DNA from: Macrostomum hystrix | Taxonomy: Eukaryota > Animalia > Platyhelminthes | Assembly (NCBI GenBank): GCA_950097015.1 | Contig: CATNEN010000033.1 | Location: 1,798,001 to 1,862,000, forward strand | Length of the DNA stretch: 64,000 nt | Direction of reading: 5' to 3' | Shown: positions 11,477 to 21,459 of the stretch, one piece after another | How positions within the stretch are numbered: position 1 is the stretch's first letter | Layout: each line of letters opens with the position of its first letter | Notes under the pieces: generated by a model | What the model was told of the DNA's origin: nothing | Seen by the model: only the letters and a program-made list of their open reading frames with translations | Databases searched by the model: none | Program-made: the position numbers and the translations under genes

Positions 11477-11655
11477 GTCTATGGCTTTTATGCACGTGCA
11501 AGCCGTGCTTCTATCACATTGTCATATTGACTAGCCAACTGATTGTTCTGACTATGGATTTGAGGGCAGGAATGAGCGAATCCTCGGAGGATTCCACTCA
11601 TTCCTGCCTGAAAATCCATAGGCAGAACTATGTTGTTTCACGATTGGCCATAGAC
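11477..11655. repeat. Nested imperfect palindrome upstream of YR3
   Basis: Outer gtctatggc/gccatagac; inner 84-bp hairpin 11545-11628 (gttctgactatggattt/aaatccataggcagaac, ggcaggaatgag/ctcattcctgcc, gaatcctc/gaggattc). Confidence 0.85.
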
Positions 11656-11817
11656 TAAAACAGCGGGCACGGAATGTCGTTGTGTGCCCGCTGCCCTGAG
11701 AATTTGTCAATGTCCAAAGCCCCTAAAGCCTGTTCATACAGCTGCAGTGAAGAGAGACGTGGAGGCATCGGACTAGAGCTGAGATTAGCTGCCCTGATAG
11801 CTTATTCTGACGGCAAC

Positions 11818-12763
11818 ATGCTCAATTTAAGTAAGATAGCAACAGGCGATATTAGTGGCCTGGCTAATTCTGAGCTGCAGTTTATATCTCGAGTGTCCAT
11901 ACATGTAGAATCAACGGTAGATCATTTCACTGGGCTGCCGGTCCTGGACCACGCGGAGGTAGAAGAATTCCTGAATTCCGCTATTGATCCGGAGTGTTCG
12001 CTACGCGACTTGGATGCGAAAGAACTTCAAAACATTAAGGACACCGAGGCATCCTCAAAGTCGCCTTCGACATTGGCTACTACTCGGAACCACATTGAAC
12101 GACTTAAGAAGTTCCTCCACGAGAAGAAACTGCCTGAGGACATTGAGCGCATGCCACTGCGTTATGTCGACAGCTATTTGCGCCTCTGGTATGTAAGTTT
12201 GAAAGGAAATCCTGCCGTGGGGACAAAGACATATGCACCGGATACGATCCGGGGCTTCAGAGCCAGCGTGCACAGGTACATGATTGAGACACATGCGACT
12301 GACGTCATTGGGAATGAGCAATGAAACCTACTCGTGCGTCCTGCGTTTGAGTTGCCAGTTGAGGGAGCGTACCGTTGGAGACCAACGAGGATTCAAGGCC
12401 ATCACGGATTCCGACTTGTCCCTGCTGAGTGCGTACTTCAACCGAAGGGACCCGGAGCGACTGCAAGACGAAGTGTTTTTTAACATTGTCTACCACTTTG
12501 GCTTCCGAGGTCGAGAATGGATAAGGGACCTGAAGGTATCCTCACTGCGGTTCTGCGAGCACGAAGGCGTAGAGTGCATCGACATGGTTCAAACGGGTCC
12601 TGAGAAGACTTTGACTGCGACAAGTATTGAGCAATGTTCAACCGGAAAGCAAACGAGGATGTTCAGTACCGGTGGCTTAAAGTGTCCAGTTGAGGCAGTG
12701 CAACTGTATCTCGCCAAATTCCCACCTGGTGTGGAGGCACTTTTTCCAAAGCCCATAAGGCAC
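11818..12763 (+). pseudogene. YR3: 3'-truncated, frameshifted Crypton-type tyrosine recombinase (same subfamily as YR1)
   Basis: YLRLWYVSLK..YAPDTIRGFRASVHRY; YFNRRDPERLQDEVFFNIVYHFGFRGREWIRDL; KCPVEAVQLY; frameshift near 12320; cut off before HxxR. Confidence 0.9.
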
Positions 12764-13365
12764 TGAAGCAAGCTTCGAAGCAGGGAATGAAGAAGGGCCC
12801 CCTCCGCCGCGACGTCGCGGAAAGTATGACAAAATAACTGATGAGAAGTATGACATGATCTTAAACGCTTTGGATCGTGGAGAAAGTGCGGCTGCCATCG
12901 CGCAGTGGCTCCAGGTGAAGCTGCGCACCGTATACTCGATACGAAGACGTTACGAAGTCGCAGGTCACCGAAATCGAGGTGCTCGCGGGGGCGCTCGAAC
13001 AGTGAAGATTACCGATGATCACGTGCAGCAGCTGGTAAGCTGGGTGGAAGATAATCCGCTTCTCACACTGAAGCAAATGAAGCATAAGCTTCAGGCCGAA
13101 GATCCTCAGTTGCATGTCAGCGAGTGCACAGTAAGCAGAGCACTAGCCAAGCAGCTCTTTACGCTAAAATGCCTCAGTCGTGACGCCGACATTCCAGCAG
13201 CGAGAAACTCTGACGAGAACATTGCGCGCCGCCAGGTCTTCGCTCAGTGGCTGATCGAGCTAGAACCAGAATGTCATCTCATAACATTGATGAGACAGGC
13301 TTCAATATGGACACGTCGGTCGCAGGGTCGCAGCATCAGAGGGCAGAGAGTTCGGCGCAAAGTAC
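12764..13365 (+). pseudogene. Second IS630/Tc1-like transposase fragment (paralogue of the 9802 ORF)
   Basis: ILNALDRGESAAAIAQWLQVKLRTVYSIRRRY; LSRDADIPAARNS; WTRRSQGRS..GQRVRR; no TIRs seen. Confidence 0.9.
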
Positions 13366-15060
13366 GGCCGGACGGCCGGCTTGCTGAGAATCCTGGCGAA
13401 TCGCTGGACATCATGCTCGCCAGCGCTTTCCCCCGGACCGCGCCGCTTCAGGACCCGCTGGACCACACTCCGGGTGGACACATCCTTGCGACCACCATTA
13501 TCACTAGAGAAAGGACAGCTCGCGCTGCTAAATTCTTCTCACCTTTTAAGTCTGACAGCATTTACCCCGCCTTTCTACATGAAGCGGTGAAAAATGACAG
13601 GTTCCTCGGCCTCCTCTGCAACCTGTTCAAGGCCTGTATCACCCTCGGGTACGTATCCAGGTCTTGGCAGGAAGCCACCATCGTCTTCATCCCCAAGCCT
13701 GGGAAGGGAGACTACCATTCCGCCAAGCCTTCCGCCCCATCAGCTTAACATCTTTCTTTCTTAAGCTGCTTGAAAGGCTAGTTCTTTGGCGCCTCCTTCA
13801 CGTTGAGCTGAGGAACTCCCCGCTCTCCGCCAACCAGCACGCCTTTCGATCCGGACGCTCCATCGAAAGTGCTCTGCATGCCATTGTCGACAAGCTGGAG
13901 CGCGCCGTGCTTGGCACCGGTTTTGCTCTCTCGCTTTTCCTCGACATTGATGGTGCCTTCGACAATGTGCTCTTCGGAGCCTTTAGGCGAGCCATGGAAC
14001 GCCGGGCTGCGCACGAGCACCTCACCAGCTGGATCATGTATATGATCACTCACCGAACTGCCACCTCGCACCTGCTTGGCCACTCCCGTTCTGTGAAAGT
14101 CCAGAAGGGAGGCCCGCAGGGTGGCGTTCTCAGTCCGATCCTTTGGAACCTTGTCATGGACGAGCTGCTCTGCAGCCCTGGCCCGGACCCGGTCCAAAAA
14201 AATCGGCTATCGGCTATGCTGAAAAAATCGGCACCGCCACCGTGGCCGGACCGTCTCCCCCGGTCCTTAGAGACTTTTTGCAAGCTTTCATCCACCGTGC
14301 CGAGCGCTGGGCTCATAGCTGCGGCCTCAAACTCTCTGAGACCAAGACCGTCGCCATTATGTTCACCAGCAAACGAAACTGGAGGATTGAGCCTCTTCTT
14401 CTCTATGACAAACCCATCGCCATGGAGAAGCAAACTAGATGCTTAGGTGTCATCCTCGACCACAGGTTGAGCTGGACACCTCACGTCAAATTCAAAACTC
14501 GCAAAGCTCTTGCGACGCGCAGATCCGCAGAGCCTTCAGTGCTACCTGGGGCCTCACCCCCTGCCGTCTCTGGTGGATTTACACTACCATTGTAAGACCG
14601 GCCATTTCTTTTGCCGGCTTCATCTGGAATAGCACCCTAGAGACCAAAGAGGTCTTGGAGGCCCTAAACAAGGTGCAGGGCTGTGCTTGTCGAGCCATCA
14701 TGAGTGCGGCACCCTCCACTCCCTTCGCTGGCATGAATGCCTTCTCGGACCTTCCCCCTATAGATCTTTTTATCAAAGGGGAAGCCATGAAGACGGCTCG
14801 TCGTCTTCTGGACGCGGGCGTCTCCATCCGGAAGCAACTTGCCTTCAGCAAGCGGAACCTCCAGCCCCATGGCGACCTCAGCCTACAGGACCTGAACGCA
14901 GCAGGTCTCAAAATTCTCTCAGACGGAATTCCGTCGACGCTGTGCCCACCGCTCAAATTTAAAACCAGCATTCCGCCTCGCCAGGAAGTACGTGACCACG
15001 GCCAACCCCGTGAAATTCAATGCTTCACCAACGGTTCGCAAATCAACTCGGTCTCTTCCA
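13366..15060 (+). mobile_element. Internal fragment of a non-LTR retrotransposon with RT and start of RNase H (LOA/R1/I-group-like)
   Basis: FIPKPGK, FRPISLTSFFLKLLER, LFLDIDGAFD, GGPQGGVLSPILWNLVMD, CLGVILD, EIQCFTNGS (TDGS-like); several frameshifts. Confidence 0.85.
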
Positions 15061-15065
15061 GTCTT

Positions 15066-15400
15066 GGCATCAAGAGAAGAAGGCGATGTGGGCGACAGGT
15101 GGAGGCCCATCGTTGATGGTCATCAAGGACTTGCCTGAGATGGAGAAGGGGGACCTCAACTACCTGCTAAAATTCTTTGTTATGCAGGTCCGCACGAAGA
15201 ACAGAGAGAAGTACAGTGCCTCGTCATTGAAGGACTTCGTGTCCATAATTCAATGGTACAATCAAAACGATTCAAACCATTCAAAACGACATTCAAAGCT
15301 CAAGAAGAATTGGTCGATCTGAAAGGACGATGCCTTCCGCGAGACGTGGGTCGCGCTGGACGCTGAAGGACGCTGACGCTCGAGGACTTTCGACCATAGA
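15066..15400 (+). pseudogene. YR4a: N-terminal fragment of a Crypton-type recombinase (ZMYM/QRICH1-like subfamily)
   Basis: DLNYLLKFFVMQVRTKNREKYSASSLKDFVSIIQWY, homologous to YLLRIFFEIRKQNGEKYGATSLKDVFTMLQQY of YR4b. Confidence 0.75.
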
Positions 15401-15554
15401 ACCGGAATTTGGCGGGTGCTATAAAATTTAACCTTTTGAAACAGCAATGCAAAAACAGCAGACTCGGTTGGGCGGGTTGGGGGTGTGGTACCATAGACAA
15501 AATTTCATTACGAAGCGAAGAAAAAATTAAGAAGAGGCTATACTGATAGTATCT

Positions 15555-16995
15555 GTGAGCAGAGCAGAAGGACGCTTTGTGGCAAAGATTGGCAAATACT
15601 ATAAAACAATGGAAGAACTAACCGACGAAAATTTAATTTGGCTCGATTCTTTAATCGTTAATCAAGAACAAGACGCCCCGATGGCTGCTGCAGCCACTAG
15701 GCAAGATACTGCGATGGCTGCTGCTGCAGCAATTCAAGAGTCCACCTCGGCAGTAAAGCAACGATTCGTAACATTTACCGACGAACAAATAACTGGAAAA
15801 ATTGATGCTGCAATGCCAATTAGCACTAAGAGAAAGGAGCAGTGGGCTGTTCAATTATTTACGCAATGGTTTCAGGCCAGGCATGATGCAATCCTACGCT
15901 CCGAACGTCACGGCTTACTCGTGAACAAACAAATCCATGAATGGAACAGAGCCGACTGGAAGTTATTTGTTGCGCATCTTCTTTGAGATTAGGAAACAAA
16001 ATGGCGAGAAGTATGGTGCAACGTCGTTGAAGGATGTGTTCACTATGCTGCAACAATATGTTAATAGCACACTAAAAATGAACTTTAACTTCTGGAAGGA
16101 CCCCGAGCTCTCCGAAGCTAGGAAAGCGCTAGATGCAGCGATGAAAGAAACAGTGCTCGATGGCAACATACCTGGTCAGAAGGCAAGTCAACCTATCAGC
16201 CATGAAGTTGAAGACGAACTGTGGCGGAGCGGCGTTCTCGGGCAAGAGACACCTAAGCAGTTACTATTTACCGTCATTTTCTACATCGGAAAGCATTTTG
16301 CACTCCGTGGCGGGTCCGAACTGCATGCTCTGGAACACAACAAGGACATTGTTGTATGTTCCGATGTGCAAGGCGAGTGTCTATTGTTTAGCGAACAAAG
16401 GGCCAACAAAACGAATAATCGCGGCCTGAAGCTGAAGCGTGGACCTCCTCGCGAGATACGTGTGTACCACGCGCTTGATCACTTACGTTGTTTGCCCTGT
16501 CTATACAAAGCCTACGATGCTAAAAGACCTGGAGCATGCAGCGTGTCAAATCTGTTTCTGGGCTACTATCGGGGTGATACGAGAATCGAAGTTGGCAAGT
16601 GGTACCAAAATGTTCCGCTAGGTCGTCACACACTGGATGGAGTTGTCAAATCACTAACGGCTGCACATGAGAACTCTGGCAGGTTCACAAACCAGTCGCT
16701 CCGAAAAACATGTGCCACCACCCTGCATCAGGCCGGCCTTCAACGCGCTGATATAGCGCGTATCACAGGGCATTCTAGTAGTGCCGTCGAGAGGTACATA
16801 TCACTTGACACGCGTGATCATCTGCTGATTTCTGGGACAGTTCAGCGCACAGTGGCTATTCGTACTAATGATGTAGAGCCGGAAGGTTCGTCCATTGTTT
16901 CAGCGAGCGAGGAAACTTATAAGGAGGCGACAAACTCTTCTAAGAAAATGAAGATCGTCGCCAATGGTGAGACTGTCACTATTACATGGGAGTGA
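15555..16995 (+). pseudogene. YR4b: near-complete CryptonA-like (DUF3504, ZMYM/QRICH1-like) tyrosine recombinase with one frameshift
   Basis: LGQETPKQLLFTVIFYIGKHFALRGGSEL (R), NKTNN (K), TNQSLRKT (H>Q in HxxR), TGHSSSAVERY (H,Y); single frame change near 15960 joins ORFs 15555-15986 and 15937-16995. Confidence 0.85.
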
Positions 16996-17684
16996 TTTTT
17001 AAACCGTCTCGTTACCAACTACGCTACGTTACCAACTATGACTACATTCGTTGACTAGTTCACTTATTCCTACCTACTCTTCGTTTTCATAGTTAAACTA
17101 CGAACCATGAAAATGGTTCATAGTTGGCCTCGTTTGGCCTCGTTTTCAGGCCAGTTATATCATATAATTGGCTTCCTTTGCAGTCCCGTTATATGAGATG
17201 AGACCATTGACAATAAAAAATTTAGACTTCCTACGGAAAAGAAAAGCCACGATATACTCAACATTATCGAGTTTCAGAAGGTAATTTCAGACCAAAGAAA
17301 TAAATAAACGGAAATAAAATATTTATACCCCGTTCAGAAGATTGCTCACTTGTTGTCGGTTGCCAGAGGAGCATTTGACAAGTGATCCAGAACAGCTTGA
17401 ACTTCAGCAAGACTAATACATTCAAAACCGAAGCTTATGTCTTCATTGTCACTCATGTTGAAAATAGCTCGGAATTTCGCAGTTTTTTATAAATAAGAGT
17501 TGAGATTTCTCCCTCTGCAAGCTTCGCTTCTCTTTTTAGTAACTGTACCAAGCTTTTTAAATTTTACTTCGTTTACTTACTTTTTAATTTTAACTTTAAG
17601 CCGAAACAGGAAGAGGCTTGTGGTGTAGGCTTAAACTTTTGTCGATTATCGCGACAGTCCACCGCGCGTTGCCGATATTCCGTC

Positions 17685-18363
17685 GTGCGCCCCGACCACA
17701 GCGACAGACTGGAGCAGTGCCTCCGCCACGGCATCGGAAGTTTCCGCTGGCACCTTGCTGCGTCTTGGCACGGGGCTGTGCGCAGTGCAATGACAAATCT
17801 GTGCGGCCATGAAGCATGGCACCTAAACTCCACCAGTCATCTATTTGTGGGCCCGAGCGGCGTTGGCAAGATGGCGATGGTGCAGCTGCACTACGGCAGG
17901 CAAACAGTTTTTACGCCGGACATCCGAGCTGCCTTCCAATTCGATGGGCTGCGCTTCACTGTGCACAGATGCATATTTTTTTATGAGTTTGATGCCAGCC
18001 GAAATGTCAACGGCCAGATATTGATGCTCATGAACAGGGACATGTTCACCATGAATGAAAAGATTAAGAATCACGTCCGGGCCGTCCGGCCATAATAATT
18101 GCCGGGCATGCCGAGCCGAGAAGTTGCAGAGGACTTTCTGAGGCGGCTGACTGCGCTTATTAGCGTACAGCATTACATCTTTGAGTGCACCGGTTGCAGC
18201 ATCATCCCGTCCAACCAGCCAGCCCACAGGGGCAGCTGCGGCGGCGGCGGCTGCGTCTGCTTCGTCCGACATTACTGCTGATGACGCCGGGGAGGAAAAT
18301 GGCAGGTGCGCTGCAGGCGCTGCTGAAGACGAAGAGAAAGATGTCGTCTACTTTAATAACTGA
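17685..18363 (+). pseudogene. Superfamily-3 helicase relic (CRESS-DNA virus Rep / parvoviral NS1-like)
   Basis: Walker A FVGPSGVGK; FQFDGL; Walker B-like CIFFYEFD; B'-like LMNRDMFTMNEK; motif C-like IIIAG after a frameshift at ~18095; arginine-finger-like FLRRL. Confidence 0.65.
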
Positions 18364-19108
18364 CACTGAAACAACATGCAGCAGCAGAAAACTTATGCTC
18401 AATACTGAATATTTGCGCTATATTTCGATTAGTTGGTCGGTTGCGTGCGACACTGTAACGGAATCCTCTCGATGTCTCCCACTATCTCTCTTTCTCTTTC
18501 TCCATACATCTTGACAGCTGACAGGTACAACAAAAAGTTAAATTTATTATTGATAAAAAATGACTATTTAGTCCCAGTCTAGCGAGGTAAGCATGCAACC
18601 GTTGGAGCTGCTTGTTCCACTCACAGTTTCTTGTTGTTCTGCTAAATTATTATGAGCTTAGGCTCGATTAGCAACGCACTGTTTACTAGTTAAAGTCTGA
18701 TGATTCAAAGTCTACTACTCTAGGCCGTATTGGCATGGTCTTCATTTAGCAATTAAGTGGAAATAGTTAATATTGGCCCCAAGTGCCGGATTTGCACTGT
18801 TCAATTAAGAGAGGAGCTTGTTTTTGTTAAAGGATCGGAATCGATCTGCGTTTTTTATTAAACCGGAGGGTCCTAGAAGGTGTGATTTTTTGACGGAGGC
18901 TTGTTTTCGAGGCAGGCACGCGGCTCGAGTCATGTTTGCACTTTCGACAGTAAAGAATTGAGCAGCATGGTGAAAATGACTTCTACTGGGCTATTTGCAA
19001 CGCACCGAATTGGATGCAGTAAAAACCAAATAGGAAGCAAAAAGGTATACTTGCTATAGCAGCCCATGGAGATGCATTCTTTACCATTTCTCCCGCATCC
19101 TCTATTTG

Positions 19109-19146
19109 CGTGTGTGTGTGTGCGTGTGTGTGTGTGTGTGTGTGTG
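19109..19146. repeat. (GT)n microsatellite
   Basis: Direct reading. Confidence 0.9.
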
Positions 19147-21459
19147 CACTGGGCAATTATTAGGACATGCGCTTACAACTGGACCCGTGCTCTTGGGACA
19201 AAATAAGTGTTGGGACAGTCCCAATAAATGCGTCCAACACTCCTGTGAATTTTGTCATATTGGAACAAAAATGGTGATTCGAACCAGCTTGGTATGATGA
19301 TTCAGAAAAGCATAATATGTCAATAGAATCAGTGACTGCTTGCTAAATTGAGAGAATACGATGTCCTAAAAGTGAAAGAAAATCATGCTCGTCTTAGTAG
19401 AACTGTTGGGACACAGTTTGAGGCTTCCTCTCCCGCATTTTTTTCTGGTCATTTTTCAAATGCTCTACTCAAAGTAGGGAAAGCGCAAACGATGATTTTC
19501 CTAATCATTCGCAATGTCCCAACAGCTCACTCACACAGGACCGAATGTGAAGTACGTTAGCTTTTAGGTACCTATAAAGTTCTTTGAGCCTGAGTCTGAG
19601 CTGAGTGGCCATGAGTGAGGTTGCAAATGAGATGCGAAAATTATAATAAAGCCTTTTTGCAGATATTCTACAAGACTGCAACCCCAACTTCAGTTGGTCA
19701 AAATGTATTAATAATTACAATTCTACAAACCCCTAATTCTGCATGCAGATCAAGCAGATTTCCATCGGCTACGTGCTGTTTTCATGGGCAATCGAAACGT
19801 ACCTGTAAAATTTATATGGATTTTAAAAATATATAGAGGTAAACTTTTAACCTTAAGCAATGCATTGATACTGGTAAACACAGGTAAAAGAGCCATCGAT
19901 GGAAAGAACATGTACAGAGAATCCGCTTAAGGTTCGTCCTAACAAGTGCCCGATACTCTGCTACACACTGGAGTAGGATATAAGAGAGGTAGTCTCTCCG
20001 TTTATTTGAACCTCTCTCCTCCGTTTAATCCAACCAATGAAAAATCTTAGCATGTACATTAAAGCAGACGTGTAGGACCACTTGACTTAAGTCACACTTA
20101 TGTTATACGCCTTTCGGCCCTCTCCGCGCATCCACCCTCTCCGCCTTTTGACCCTTATTTTAACCTCTTTAACTTCAACGTCCACCACTTTCTCCTATTA
20201 TAGATTCCAGATTTTCATTTTGTTTTTTTTCGTTGACTTAATTGATTTGAGGGAAGACGCGCATAAGCGTGGGGCCTACCAGTAAGGGCTCTAATGTTCT
20301 CGATCGAAGGGTTGAGGTCCGTTTCGATAAAAGGCACACAGCATATGGGCAAACCAACATAGTTCAGTTAAGTGAACTGAAATACACGGGACAAATGTGC
20401 CATGGTACGCGCGTCTCCATGGAATGGCGTGGCAAGATATGGCTCGGAACAGTAACAAACATGTAAGTTGGTTTTAGTTTTGCTTCAGAAAAGATATTTT
20501 TAATTTACCTTTTAAATCCGACAATTAACATGACTTGCTTTGCCTTTAGATGACTTTATGAAATACGACTTTCCTTTATTAGATACATCGACTTCGATCA
20601 GCCGCCATTTTCTGCCGTAACAAAAGGATTTTCTGCCTACATTAACAAGTAAGCTCTTCTGTACATGAATGTAGCTTGTGTAATTTGTTGATTTCAAATT
20701 TCTCTCATAATGAGTACAAAGCTTGAAAGTTAAAGTTAAAAATTGAATTGTAACTAATATAAGACTCCAGAAGGAGACTTTGTTCATAATAAGGTGGTGC
20801 TTGCAAAGAATAAAGGAGAGCTAATAGTTGCTAGAAGACAAAAGGATGACGAAAGTTATCCATCCGAATTTCTTCCTTGTCACAAATGCTATCAATTCTT
20901 GAAAGGGATTTGCTTTATCGTCATAAGGAGACATGTTCCGGTGGTCCGGTGGTCGACCTAAAGGAAAATGAACTGGACTGGCTGGCTCGGCATCTGGGCC
21001 ACGACATTGCTGTTCATAGCCAGTTTTATAGAATGCATCAAAATACACTTGAGCTCACGGTGTCAAAAATTCTTGACCTAATTAATAATGGCAAGCTCAC
21101 AAAGTTTCAAGGTTGAAGTCTCGAAGACATTACCCTTAAAGAGCTAGAGGAAAAGTATTCAATGTCTGGCGATGATGTGACCTCAGCTGAGGCAACCGAA
21201 GGCATGGCAACCGAAGGCATGTCAACCGAAGACATGGCAACCGAAGGCATGACAAACTCTGTCCCAGCCTCAAGAAAAGCTACTTCTGGCCGTCCAAAGG
21301 CCTCAATTAAGATACTATCAACAGCGAAGGAAGAGTCTGCGTCTAAAAGTGAGTTATATATATATGCTCGTATATGCTCGTATTGTATTTTATAAAATTT
21401 TAGAAGGAAAATATTTGACCAAGATGCTTTGCAGCGTAATTGAAAATTAACAAAGCACT

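Noticed and set aside
5561-11655. True bacterial-type integron (intI plus attC cassettes)
   Set aside because: Hairpins lack RYYYAAC/GTTRRRY cores, the YRs are Crypton-type with an intron, and the units are TE relics; kept only as an analogy
6085-18300. Other CTGATGA hammerhead-like cores (near 6088, 9848, 12838, 18277)
   Set aside because: No stem II followed by GAAA and UH in correct geometry; most lie in coding relics
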